64,000 bases of DNA from an uncultured Acetobacteraceae bacterium (GTDB lineage: Bacteria; Pseudomonadota; Alphaproteobacteria; Acetobacterales; Acetobacteraceae). The notes below the pieces were generated by a model. The model was not told the DNA's origin and did no database searches. It saw nothing but the letters and a program-made list of their open reading frames with translations. The position numbers and the translations under genes are program-made. Within the stretch, counting starts at the first letter, position 1, and every line of letters begins with the position of its first letter. Positions 16,724 through 26,069 of this stretch are shown in pieces. The DNA lies in the NCBI GenBank assembly GCA_964564645.1, contig CAZMCV010000001.1, forward strand, positions 14,066-78,065. The letters run 5' to 3'.

Positions 16724-18940
16724 ATGACCCCGCGCATGCCCTCCGCCATCCAGACCTTCGATGCCGCGCCGGAGCCCGCCGCCGCGGCCCCGGCGCCGCG
16801 CCGCGGCGAGGCCGCCGTCCCCGCCGCCCCCAGGGGAGAGCGCCGCCTCTGCCTCGTCGGCGCGGGCAACATCGCCGCGATCCATGCCGAGGCGCTCGCC
16901 GGCCTGCCGGGCCTGCGCATCGCTGCGATCGTCGACCCGAACCGCGCCGCGGCCGAGCGCCTGGCCGCGCGGTGGCAGGTGCCGGCCGCGCATGCCTCGC
17001 TGGCCGAGGCGATGGCGGGGGCCGGGCCGCTGGATGCCGCCCATGTGCTCGTGCCGCCCGATGTGCATCGCGATGCGGCGCTGCCCTGGCTCGAGGCCGG
17101 CTGCGCCGTGCTGCTCGAGAAGCCGCTGGCCGCCTCGACGGCCGAGTGCGATGCACTGCTCGGGGCGGCGCGCGCCTCGGGCGCCACCCTCGGCGTCAAC
17201 CAGAACTTCGTCTTCCACCCGGCCTTCGTCCGGCTGCGCCAGGCGCTGGCGGAGGGGCGCTACGGCCCCGCCCGCTTCGTCGACTGCATCTACAACCTGC
17301 CGCTGCGCCAGCTCGCGGCGCGGCAGTTCGGCCATTGGATGTTCCACGCCCCGGGCAACATCCTGCTCGAGCAGGCGGTGCATCCGCTGTCGCAGATCGT
17401 GGCGCTGGCCGGGCCGGTGCGGGAGCTGCGCGCCATCGCCGACGCGCCGATGGGCATCGCGCCGGACGTGTCGCTGTTCCCGGGGACCACCGCGACCCTC
17501 GCCTGCGCGCGGCTGCCGGCGCAGCTCCGCTTCGCCATCGGCGCCGCCTTCCCCTTCTGGCAGGTGAGCGTGGTCTGCGACGATGGCGTGATCGTCGCCG
17601 ACATCCTGGCGAACCGCTGCCATGCGCATGGCCGCGGCCGCTGGCTGGAGGCGGTGGATGCCCTGCTCGCCGGCACCGGCACGGCCGGCGCGATCCTCGG
17701 CGGCGCCCTCGGCAACGCCACCGACTACGCGCTCTCCACCCTGCGGCTGAAGGGGCGGAGCGATCCGTTCTTCCGCAGCATGCGGGCGAGCATCGGCGCC
17801 TTCCACGCCGCCCTCGATGCCGGCACCGCGCCCGAGACCGACGGCGCCTTCGGCGCGGCGCTGGTCGGGGTCTGCGAGGCGATCCGCGACGCGGCCTTCG
17901 GTGCGCCCGCCCTCGCCGCACCGGCGATCCGGCCGGCGCCGGAGGGCCCGGCCACGGCCGATGTCGCGGTGCTGGGCGGCACCGGATTCATCGGCACCGC
18001 GACCGTGCGGCGCCTGCGCGAGGAGGGGCTCAGCGTCGCCGTCATGGCGCGCTCCACGCGCAACCTGCCCGCGGTCTTCGCCGGAGAGGGCGTCGCCCTG
18101 CATCGCGGCGACATCCGCGACGCCGAGGCGGTGCGCCGCGCCATCGCCGGGGCGCCCGTGGTGATCAATCTCGCCCATGGCGGCGGTGGCGCGACCTTCG
18201 AGCAGGTGCGCGCGGCCATGGTGGGCGGGGCGGAGACGGTCGCCCGCGCCTGCCTCGCGGCCGGCGCGCGGCGCCTCGTGCATGTCGGCTCCATCGCCTC
18301 GCTCTATCTCGGGCCCGAGGCGGGGGTGGTGACCGGTGCGACCCCGCCCGACCCGCGGGCGGAGGAGCGGGCGGATTACGCGCGCGCCAAGGCGCTCTGC
18401 GACCGCGTGCTGCTGGAGATGCAGGCGCGGGAGGGCCTGCCGGTCTGCATCCTGCGCCCGGGCCTGGTGGTGGGGGAGGGGACCTCGCCCTTCCACAGCG
18501 GGCTCGGCGCCTTCAACAACGAGCAGCACTGCATCGGCTGGAATGGCGGCACCAACCCGCTGCCCTTCGTGCTGGTGGAGGACGTGGCGGAGGCCATCCG
18601 GCTCGCCGCGCGGAGCGAGGCCGACCTCGCCGGGCGATGCTACAACCTGGTCGGCGACGTCCGGCCGAGCGCGCGCGACTACGTCGCGGCCCTGGCGCGG
18701 GCGACCGGCCGGCCGCTGCGCTTCCACCCGAGCCGTCCCACCCTGCTCTGGGCGGAAGAGGTGGCGAAATGGGTGGTCAAGCGGGCCGGCGGGCGCCGGG
18801 TGCCGCTGCCCTCGCGGCGCGACATCCTCTCGCGCGGGCTGGCGGCGACCTTCGATTGCGGCGATGCGAAGCGCGATCTCGGCTGGGTGCCGGTCGCCGA
18901 CCCGGCGGTGTTCGCACGGCAGGCGGTGGGGGCCGGGTGA
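16724..18940 (+). CDS. Fusion protein: Gfo/Idh/MocA oxidoreductase (N-terminal) plus NAD-dependent epimerase/dehydratase SDR (C-terminal)
   Basis: N-terminal half: RLCLVGAGNIAAIHAEAL..VLLEKPLAAS. C-terminal half: VAVLGGTGFIGTATVRRL..YARAKALCD (YxxxK). The start is taken at ATG 16724; the track start 16514 adds a Pro/Arg-rich shadow. Confidence 0.85.
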   Translation: MTPRMPSAIQTFDAAPEPAAAAPAPRRGEAAVPAAPRGERRLCLVGAGNIAAIHAEALAGLPGLRIAAIVDPNRAAAERLAARWQVPAAHASLAEAMAGAGPLDAAHVLVPPDVHRDAALPWLEAGCAVLLEKPLAASTAECDALLGAARASGATLGVNQNFVFHPAFVRLRQALAEGRYGPARFVDCIYNLPLRQLAARQFGHWMFHAPGNILLEQAVHPLSQIVALAGPVRELRAIADAPMGIAPDVSLFPGTTATLACARLPAQLRFAIGAAFPFWQVSVVCDDGVIVADILANRCHAHGRGRWLEAVDALLAGTGTAGAILGGALGNATDYALSTLRLKGRSDPFFRSMRASIGAFHAALDAGTAPETDGAFGAALVGVCEAIRDAAFGAPALAAPAIRPAPEGPATADVAVLGGTGFIGTATVRRLREEGLSVAVMARSTRNLPAVFAGEGVALHRGDIRDAEAVRRAIAGAPVVINLAHGGGGATFEQVRAAMVGGAETVARACLAAGARRLVHVGSIASLYLGPEAGVVTGATPPDPRAEERADYARAKALCDRVLLEMQAREGLPVCILRPGLVVGEGTSPFHSGLGAFNNEQHCIGWNGGTNPLPFVLVEDVAEAIRLAARSEADLAGRCYNLVGDVRPSARDYVAALARATGRPLRFHPSRPTLLWAEEVAKWVVKRAGGRRVPLPSRRDILSRGLAATFDCGDAKRDLGWVPVADPAVFARQAVGAG

Positions 18941-18942
18941 GC

Positions 18943-20115
18943 ATGGCGGAGACCAGCCCGCCCCTGGTGCTGAGCATCTTCGCTACCTTCGCCGTCGGCG
19001 GGCCGCAGGTGCGCTTCGCCGCGGTCGCCAACCACCACGACCGCGCCTTCCGCCATGCGATCTTCGCCATGGATGGGCGGCGGGATGCCGCGGCACGGCT
19101 CTCGCCCGGACTCGACGTGACCTTCCCCGAGATCCCGGTCCGGCGCGGCGCCATGCTGGCGAACCTCGCGGGCTTCCGGCAGGCGCTGCGTGCCCTCCGC
19201 CCGGATGTGCTGGTGACGCACAATTGGGGCTCGATTGAGTGGGCGATGGCGAACCGCCTGCTCGGCGGCGTCCGGCGGCACGTCCATATCGAGGACGGGT
19301 TCGGGCCGGAGGAGGCCGAGGGGCAGATCCGCCGCCGCGTGCTCACCCGGCGCCTGGTGCTGGGCCGCGGCACGGTGGTGGTCCTGCCCTCCCTCAACCT
19401 CGAGCGGATCGCCCGGGAGATCTGGCGGCTGCCGCCGGCGCGGCTGCGCTACGTGCCGAACGGGCTGGACCTGGCGCGCTTCCGGCCAGACGGCCCAGCG
19501 GCGCCGCTGGACGTGCCGGGGGAGGGGCCGCTGGTCGGCACGGTCGCGGCGCTGCGGACGGAGAAGAACCTCGCCCGGCTGCTGCGGGCGGTGCGACGGC
19601 TGCGCGACGAGGGGCTGGCGCTGCGCTTGGCGATCGTCGGCGAGGGGCCGGAGCGGCCGCGGCTCGAGGCGCTGGCGGCCGAGCTCGGCCTCGCCGGTAT
19701 GGTGCGCTTCACCGGGGCGCTGGCCGACCCCGCCGCCGCCTACCGCGCCTTCGATGCCTTCGCCCTGTCCTCCGACACCGAGCAGATGCCGCTCTCGGTG
19801 CTGGAGGCGATGGCGACGGGTCTGCCGGTGGCGGCGACCGAGGTCGGCGACGTGCCGCGCATGCTGGCGGCGGAGAACGCGCCCTTCCTCGCCGCGCGGG
19901 ACGATGCGGCGCTGGCCGGGGCGCTGGGACGGCTGCTAGGCGCCAAGGCGGCGACGCGCCGGCAGGCGGGGGCGGCGAACCGGGCGAAGGCGGAGCGGGA
20001 CTATGACGAGCAGGTGATGTTCCGCACCTATGGGGGGCTGTTCGGCCTGCCCCCGGCCCCCTTGCCGGCGATGACGGCCGGGCCCGTGGCGGTGCTCGCG
20101 CCTCGCCCCGGCTGA
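18943..20115 (+). CDS. Glycosyltransferase family 4
   Basis: ATG 18943 lies 3 nt after the upstream stop. Reads ..FALSSDTEQMPLSVLEAMATGLPVAATEVGDV. It is the C-terminal part of track ORF 16972..20115. Confidence 0.85.
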   Translation: MAETSPPLVLSIFATFAVGGPQVRFAAVANHHDRAFRHAIFAMDGRRDAAARLSPGLDVTFPEIPVRRGAMLANLAGFRQALRALRPDVLVTHNWGSIEWAMANRLLGGVRRHVHIEDGFGPEEAEGQIRRRVLTRRLVLGRGTVVVLPSLNLERIAREIWRLPPARLRYVPNGLDLARFRPDGPAAPLDVPGEGPLVGTVAALRTEKNLARLLRAVRRLRDEGLALRLAIVGEGPERPRLEALAAELGLAGMVRFTGALADPAAAYRAFDAFALSSDTEQMPLSVLEAMATGLPVAATEVGDVPRMLAAENAPFLAARDDAALAGALGRLLGAKAATRRQAGAANRAKAERDYDEQVMFRTYGGLFGLPPAPLPAMTAGPVAVLAPRPG

Positions 20116-20134
20116 GCGATCCTGTGGGGTGCCG

Positions 20135-21598
20135 TCAGGCCGGGCGCCGCCGCCGCAGGCGCCGCCCGACCATCCGCAAGCCGCCGCGCAGTTCCTCGAG
20201 CAACGGATGGCCGGTGAGGTAGAGGCCGGCGAGCCAGCCCAGCGCCGCGCCGACCCCGGCCAGCATGGCAAGGGGAAGCGGCATCGGCACCTCGAACCCG
20301 CCGCGCAGCGCGACCATCGTCGCCGGCACGGCCGCCGCGCAGAGCGCGACGACCGCGCTCGCCCGGACGCTTCGCGCCAACTCGGTCCAGGAGAGGCCGA
20401 TGCGGCGACGGATGAAGCAGAGGGCGATGAAGACCTGCAGCGGCGCGTTGACGAGCTGGGTGGCCGCGACCGCCTGCAGTCCGAAGGGCATGGCCACGAC
20501 GATCAGCAGCATGGAAGGCGGCACGGAGACCAGGCTCATCGTCAGCGTGTCGCGGATCCGGCCGAGCGCGACGAGCGTCGGGTAGGTCATGAAAGCCGGC
20601 GCCAGGCTGAGCGCGGCGAGCGCCATGATCCGGACGAGCGGTGCGACCTCGAGCCAGCGCTCGCCGAGGAGCAGGAGCACCACGGGCTCGGCGAGCAGGG
20701 CGAGGCCGATCAGGATCGGCCATTGCGCCGCGGACATGTAGGAGAGGGCGAGGAGGTAGGCGGGCTTCAGTGGCTCGTCGCGCCGCGCACGCTCGGAGAG
20801 CGCGGGCAGGATCACGGGATGGAGCGCGCTGACCACCAGCTTGTCCGGCAGCTGGCAGAGCGTGACCGCGCGGCCGTAGAGCCCGACCGCGGCGAAGCCG
20901 AGGACCCGCCCCATGATCAGCTGCGGCAGCCAGTCATGCAGCACGTTGACCAGCGCGGTCGCGGTCGAATAGGCGCCGAAACCCCCGAGCCGGCGCCATT
21001 CGCGGATTGAGGGGCGGAATGCCCAGAGGCAAGGACGCACGGCCAGCGCCGCCACGGTGCGCGCGACGCCCCCGGCGAGGGTTGCCCAGCCGAGGCTCAT
21101 ATAGCCGAAGCCGAGCAGGGCGAGCGCGACGACGACGCCGAGATTCACCACCGCGGCGAAGAGGTTGATCCCGGCCAGCGCATCGAAGGCCATGTCCCGC
21201 CGCAGCAGGGTGAGGCTCGGCATGCCGAAGGGCACGAGGAGGAAATTGGCCGCGAAGAGCGGCATTAGCTGGGCGAGCCCCGGCTCGTCGTAGAAGGCCG
21301 CGAACAGGCCGGTGGTGGCGAGCAGGCCGAGGCCGCTGGCCAGGGAGATGCCGAAGGTGACGGTGAAAGCGGCGCGCACCCGCGCCTCGGTCAGCTCCCG
21401 CTCCTGCACCAGGTAGTTGCCGACGCCGAAATCGCGGAAGACATCGATCAGCGCGACGACCGCCATGCCGATGGCGAAGATGCCGAAATCCTTGGGTGTC
21501 AGCAGCCGGGCGAGGATGACCATCCCGACGAGGCCGAGCGCATAGGACCCGTATTTCTCGGCGAAGGAGAAGGCGAGGGAGCGGCGGATCGCGCTCAT
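20135..21598 (-). CDS. Wzx-type polysaccharide flippase (PST family)
   Basis: A 487-aa multi-TM protein: MSAIRRSLAFSFAEKYGSYALGLVGMVILARLLTPKDFGIFAIG.., typical of polysaccharide biosynthesis/export proteins. Confidence 0.9.
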   Translation of the reverse strand: MSAIRRSLAFSFAEKYGSYALGLVGMVILARLLTPKDFGIFAIGMAVVALIDVFRDFGVGNYLVQERELTEARVRAAFTVTFGISLASGLGLLATTGLFAAFYDEPGLAQLMPLFAANFLLVPFGMPSLTLLRRDMAFDALAGINLFAAVVNLGVVVALALLGFGYMSLGWATLAGGVARTVAALAVRPCLWAFRPSIREWRRLGGFGAYSTATALVNVLHDWLPQLIMGRVLGFAAVGLYGRAVTLCQLPDKLVVSALHPVILPALSERARRDEPLKPAYLLALSYMSAAQWPILIGLALLAEPVVLLLLGERWLEVAPLVRIMALAALSLAPAFMTYPTLVALGRIRDTLTMSLVSVPPSMLLIVVAMPFGLQAVAATQLVNAPLQVFIALCFIRRRIGLSWTELARSVRASAVVALCAAAVPATMVALRGGFEVPMPLPLAMLAGVGAALGWLAGLYLTGHPLLEELRGGLRMVGRRLRRRRPA

Positions 21599-21619
21599 GC
21601 GGCCGTCGCCGCGCGCCGT

Positions 21620-22804
21620 TCAGCCGAGCGCCGCACGCGCCGCCTCCAGCCCCTGGCGGCCCTTGCCCTCGGGGCCTGCAAGCTTCGCGTAGAGCGCGTG
21701 CGCATCGCGGGCGAAGCGGTCGCGGCTGAATCGGTCCTCCGCGTCGCGTCGCGCCGCCTCGCCGATGGTCAGCGCGAGGGCAGGTGAATCGGCAAGGCGC
21801 ACGATGGCGGCCGCCAGCCCCTCGGCATCGCCCGGCGCGTGTAGCAGGCCGGTGACGCCATCGGTCAGCGCCTCGGGGATGCCGTCGACGGCGGTGGCGA
21901 TGCAGGGCTGCCCGAGCGCCATCGCCTCGATCAGCACGAGCGGCAGGCCCTCGAAGTGCGTGCAGAGGAGGCAGAGATCGGCCGCCAGCATCAGGTGCCG
22001 GATGTCCTCCCGGAAGCCCGTGAAGACGAAGCGGTCGAGCACGCCGGCGGCGCGGGCCAGGGCCTCGACCTCGGCGAAGTGCGCGCGGTTCTGCGGCACG
22101 CGATCCTTGTCGCCGACGATGAGGAAGCGGAGCCGAGGGTGGCTGTCCCGCAGCAGGGCGGCGGCGCGGACGAGGGTCGGGTAGTCCTTCTGCGGGTTCA
22201 CGCGGGCGAACATGGCGGCGATGACCGCATCGGCGGCCAGGCCGAACTCGGCGCGCAGGGCCGCGGCGGCGGCCTGGCGTTCCGCGCCGCTCGGGCTTGG
22301 CGGGATGTCGACACCGTCATAGAGGATGCTGGTGCGTGTCCGCGCCAAGCCGGGCATCGGGAAGCGGTCGCGGGTGTCGCGGGAGACGAAGACGAAGTGG
22401 CCGGCCGCGCCGATGAAGAGGCGGCTGCGCAGCGGCAGCCGTGCCTCCCGGTTGCGGATGTGGCAGAGGACGGGGCGTCGTGCCAGCCGACCGGCGACGG
22501 CGACGCTGTAGGCGGCCGAGACATCGGCGCAATGGATCAGGTCGAAGGCCCGCAGCGTCCGGGCGAGCGTCCAGGATTCGTGCAGGAAGCGGGGCGCGGC
22601 GCGCAGCAGGCTCGGCTCCGGCCGCACGGCCGGGACGAGGCAGGGGATGCCCGCCCCTTCCAGATAAGCCTGCAGATCCTCCGCCGGCCGCAGCAGCAGC
22701 GCGCTGCTCCCCACATCGAAGGGGCGGACGGCATCCGCCAGCCGGCGGGTCGCGACCTCGGTACCGCCGACGCCGGGAAAGGGCAGGACGTGCAGGACGT
22801 TCAT
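21620..22804 (-). CDS. Glycosyltransferase family 4
   Basis: ATG 22804 overlaps the upstream stop (ATGA). Reads MNVLHVLPFPGVGGTEV.. and ..CTHFEGLPLVLIEAMALGQPCIATAVDGIPE. Confidence 0.9.
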   Translation of the reverse strand: MNVLHVLPFPGVGGTEVATRRLADAVRPFDVGSSALLLRPAEDLQAYLEGAGIPCLVPAVRPEPSLLRAAPRFLHESWTLARTLRAFDLIHCADVSAAYSVAVAGRLARRPVLCHIRNREARLPLRSRLFIGAAGHFVFVSRDTRDRFPMPGLARTRTSILYDGVDIPPSPSGAERQAAAAALRAEFGLAADAVIAAMFARVNPQKDYPTLVRAAALLRDSHPRLRFLIVGDKDRVPQNRAHFAEVEALARAAGVLDRFVFTGFREDIRHLMLAADLCLLCTHFEGLPLVLIEAMALGQPCIATAVDGIPEALTDGVTGLLHAPGDAEGLAAAIVRLADSPALALTIGEAARRDAEDRFSRDRFARDAHALYAKLAGPEGKGRQGLEAARAALG

Positions 22805-23895
22805 GCGTCCTGCCGGCTGCCGACGCGGGGCGACGCCCGCCCGCCGCGCCCGAGCGCGGATGCGACCGATACCAGCCGCCGCCACCAGAGCGGCCCGGCG
22901 AGGCGCCTGGCGACGGTCTTCCACCAGAGCGGGGTGCGCCGGATCGTGGGATCGATGACAGGCGCCAGATCCATCAGGCGCGCCGTCGCGGCATCTTCCT
23001 CCGCCTCCTCGAGGTGCTTGGCGACCGACCACAGCACCTCCTCGGCGAGCGAGCGGCAAGCAAGGCGATCGAGCCCGGCCGCGTCCGCCAGCCTGGCGGA
23101 TTGGCCCTCGAAGAAGATCCGGAACGCTCGGTGCCGCTGCTCGTAGTCGGCCCGCATGCGGTCGGCCTTGTAGCCGTGCCGCATGTTGCGCGCGTGGATG
23201 CGGGTATAGGCCTGCAGCGCGCCGACCTCGCCGACATCGCCGTGTGCGGCCAGTCGCAGCCACATCTCCATGTCGCCGGAATGCGGCAGCTCCGGACGGT
23301 AGCCGCCGACCTGCTTCTGCAGGGTGGTCCGGACGATGGCGGTGGCCGTCTCGATGGTGTTCACCGGCCGGGCGCAGAGCCCGCGGATGAAGTCGGGTCC
23401 CCGGGTAATGGTCCCGGTCTCCGATCGCGACGGCGTGGCCCCAAGCTTGGCCGCGAGGTCCGCCTCATCGCCGAACTGGATGGCGGGGCCATGCACGAAG
23501 GCGATGCCGGGCTCGGCCTCCATCAGTCCGACGGCGCGGGCGAGGGCGCCCGGGGCGAGCATGTCGTCCGAGGACAGCAGCAACATGTATTCGGCCGCGA
23601 GCCACTCGATGCCCTCGTTGTAGGTCGCGATATGTCCGCGATTCATCGCATGGGCGATCACCTGCACGCGCGCATCCCCGGCGGCGATGGCACGCGCGGT
23701 CTCGAGCGAATCATCGGCCGAGCAATCGTCGATGATGAGGACGCGCACCCGGCAGCCGGGCTGGTCGAGGACGCTGCTGACGCAGGCGCGCAGGAAGCGG
23801 CCGTAATTGTAGCAGGGGATGATGACGTCGACGCCGGGCAGGATCCCCTGCGCGGCCAAGCCTGGATCGCCCGGGCGGGAGGCGGCGTCGGTCAT
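22801..23895 (-). CDS. Glycosyltransferase family 2
   Basis: VDVIIPCYNYGRFLRACVSSV..LIIDDCSADDS..LLLSSDDM (DxD). Confidence 0.9.
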   Translation of the reverse strand: MTDAASRPGDPGLAAQGILPGVDVIIPCYNYGRFLRACVSSVLDQPGCRVRVLIIDDCSADDSLETARAIAAGDARVQVIAHAMNRGHIATYNEGIEWLAAEYMLLLSSDDMLAPGALARAVGLMEAEPGIAFVHGPAIQFGDEADLAAKLGATPSRSETGTITRGPDFIRGLCARPVNTIETATAIVRTTLQKQVGGYRPELPHSGDMEMWLRLAAHGDVGEVGALQAYTRIHARNMRHGYKADRMRADYEQRHRAFRIFFEGQSARLADAAGLDRLACRSLAEEVLWSVAKHLEEAEEDAATARLMDLAPVIDPTIRRTPLWWKTVARRLAGPLWWRRLVSVASALGRGGRASPRVGSRQDA

Positions 23896-24824
23896 GTCAG
23901 CACCCCGTGGAAGGCGCCGCGGGCGCGGCGACGCAGGTCGAGCAGGGACCGCGGCGTGAAGGCCAGGGCGAGCGCCCAGAGCTGCGCCACGGAGACGTTA
24001 TGGCGCAGCGAGGCAAGCGCGAATCGCCGGGCGACGGAGAGGTTCCGCGAATGGACCGCCCCGCGCGCGTGCCGCTGATAGCACTGCGCCAGCCGCGCCT
24101 TCATCCTGGCCTTCGGCATGTCCAGCCGCTCCGCCACGTCGCGGATGCAGGCAAGTTCGGCCGCCGCGAAGCTCTCGATCTGCCGTGACAGGCTCTGTGC
24201 CGTTGGCGCATAGACCACGAGATCCTCGGGCACGTTCGCCATCTCCCAGCCCGCGGCGGTCAGCCGGAGCCAGAGGTGGTAGTCCTCGCATGCCCGCTCC
24301 TTCCAGAAACCGCCGGCCTCTTCGAAGACGCTGCGGCGGACCAGGGAGGAGGAGACGATCGCGTCATTTCCCGCCCACAGATCATCAAAGGTGAAGCGGC
24401 GTGGCAGCCTTCTGCCATCCTTGCTGCGCGCCCGGCAGACGATCACCGCGACCTGCGGATCTGCCGTCTCCGGCATCTGCCGCGCGAGCTTGGTGGGCTG
24501 CCAGAGATCGTCGGCATCAAGGAAGGCCAGCCAATTGCCGCGCGCCGCCCGCACGCCGGTGTTGCGCGCCTGGCCGCAGCCCGCATTGGTCTGCCGCACC
24601 AGCCGGACCGCAGCGCCGAAGCGCTCGACGACGGCGGCTGTGTCGTCGCGCGAGCCGTCATCGACCACGATGATCTCGTCGGGTGGGCGGGTTTGTGCCA
24701 GAGCGCTCTCGATCGCGGCGGCAATCGTCGCGGCCGCGTTGTAGGCCGGGATCACCACCGAGATCGTGACGGGGTCGGCCTCGACGGAGTTAGGGATCGT
24801 CCTTGCCATCGTCGCGTCGCTCAT
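23892..24824 (-). CDS. Glycosyltransferase family 2
   Basis: ATG 24824 overlaps the upstream stop (ATGA). Reads ISVVIPAYNAAATIAAAIESA..IIVVDDGSRDDT..LAFLDADDLW. Only the last 310 aa of track ORF 23892..25883 are real. Confidence 0.9.
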   Translation of the reverse strand: MSDATMARTIPNSVEADPVTISVVIPAYNAAATIAAAIESALAQTRPPDEIIVVDDGSRDDTAAVVERFGAAVRLVRQTNAGCGQARNTGVRAARGNWLAFLDADDLWQPTKLARQMPETADPQVAVIVCRARSKDGRRLPRRFTFDDLWAGNDAIVSSSLVRRSVFEEAGGFWKERACEDYHLWLRLTAAGWEMANVPEDLVVYAPTAQSLSRQIESFAAAELACIRDVAERLDMPKARMKARLAQCYQRHARGAVHSRNLSVARRFALASLRHNVSVAQLWALALAFTPRSLLDLRRRARGAFHGVLT

Positions 24825-26059
24825 GCCGCCTCCCGCGCGTGGTCGCGTCCGCCACCAGCCAGGAGCGCATCCAGTCGCGCCAAGCCGGCGGCCCAGCCAT
24901 GGCCCGCCGCCACCGCCCCGCGCGCTGCCGCGCCGAGGCCCGCATGCCGGCCCTCCAGCACCTCCGCCACAAGCCGCGCCATCGACGCCGCGTCCTCGGC
25001 CACCAGCAGGTCCCGCCCCGGCCGTGCGCGCACGCCCTCGAAGGCCTCCGGCGAGGCGACCACCGGCCGGCCCATCGCCATCGCTTCCAGCACCTTGTTC
25101 TGCACCCCGCGCGCGATGCGCAGCGGCGCCACCGCGACCGCGGCATGCGCCAGGTAAGGCCGCACATCCGGCACCCGCCCCGTCACCCGCACATCGCGGG
25201 CCTGGGCCAGCGCCTGCACCTCGGGGGCGGGGTTGGCGCCGACGATGTGGAACACCGGCGCCGGCCGCCGCGCGCGCAGCCGCGGCATCACCGCCCGCGC
25301 GAACCAGCAGACCGCATCGACATTCGGCCGGTAGTCCATCGTGCCGGTGAAGACGATTGCCGGCCCCGTCGCCTCGGCATAGGGGTCCGGATAGGCCAGG
25401 GCGGGATCGAAGCGCGACAGGTCGACGCCGTTGTCGACCGCGAAGACGCGGTCCGCGCACTCGGGCGCCAGCTCGAGGAAGCGCCGTCGCTCCGCCTCCG
25501 AGACCAGCAGCGTCGCGTCGAAATCCATCGCCGCCGTGCGCTCGAAGGCAAGCAGCGTCCGTGCTTCCCGCGCCCAGACCTGGCGCTTCGGGAAGGTCGC
25601 GCCGTCCTCGGCATAGGCGCGCCACTTCTCGGAATCGACATCGACCATGTCGAGCACCCGGCGCGGCCCCCGGGCCCAGGGCCCCATCGCATAGGGCGCC
25701 ATGGCGGAGGAATAGACGAACACGGCCTCGTACCGCCCGGCGGCCAGCCCCTCCCGCGCCCAGCGCCGCAGCCCCGGCTCGTCGAACCAGTCGAGCGTCA
25801 GCGGGCGCCCCGGCCGGGCGCCCAGCAGCGCACGGAGCATGCGCTGCCGGCGGCCGATCGGACGGCACACCACCGCGGCGCAACGTGCCTCCAGCACGGG
25901 CAGGTGCGCGAGGTCGGCCGGGTCGTCGACCAGGCAGCCGAGATCGACCGTCCAGTGCTCGGCCAGATGATCGAGGAAATGCCAGGCACGGATCTTCTCG
26001 CCCTTGTCGGGCGGGTAGGGGATCCGGTGGCAGAGGAAGAGCAGCCGGGGCTTGTCCAT
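24821..26059 (-). CDS. Glycosyltransferase, GT4-like (sugar transferase type associated with PEP-CTERM/EpsH1 loci)
   Basis: MDKPRLLFLCHRIPYPPDKGEKIRAWHFLDHL.. and ..RGVQNKVLEAMAMGRPVVASPEAFEG. Confidence 0.9.
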   Translation of the reverse strand: MDKPRLLFLCHRIPYPPDKGEKIRAWHFLDHLAEHWTVDLGCLVDDPADLAHLPVLEARCAAVVCRPIGRRQRMLRALLGARPGRPLTLDWFDEPGLRRWAREGLAAGRYEAVFVYSSAMAPYAMGPWARGPRRVLDMVDVDSEKWRAYAEDGATFPKRQVWAREARTLLAFERTAAMDFDATLLVSEAERRRFLELAPECADRVFAVDNGVDLSRFDPALAYPDPYAEATGPAIVFTGTMDYRPNVDAVCWFARAVMPRLRARRPAPVFHIVGANPAPEVQALAQARDVRVTGRVPDVRPYLAHAAVAVAPLRIARGVQNKVLEAMAMGRPVVASPEAFEGVRARPGRDLLVAEDAASMARLVAEVLEGRHAGLGAAARGAVAAGHGWAAGLARLDALLAGGGRDHAREAA

Positions 26060-26069
26060 GGCGGCGGCC

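Noticed and set aside
13316-18727. Long minus-strand ORFs at 13316..15793 (825 aa), 14953..17199 (748 aa) and 16286..18727 (813 aa).
   Set aside because: They lie opposite clearly recognisable asnB, GT4 and oxidoreductase-SDR frames. They have no motifs and extreme Arg/Ala/Gly/Pro content.
20135-21598. I considered whether this multi-TM protein could be the missing exosortase.
   Set aside because: The sequence pattern (N-terminal ..LAFSFAEKYG.., 12-14 TM helices, Wzx/PST-type loops) fits a flippase. It lacks the conserved exosortase Cys/Arg/His signature region as I remember it.
23892-25883. A 663-aa track ORF, which suggested one very large protein.
   Set aside because: Only the last 310 aa (from ATG 24824) show GT2 motifs. 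The upstream part overlaps the real GT gene 24821..26059 in another frame.
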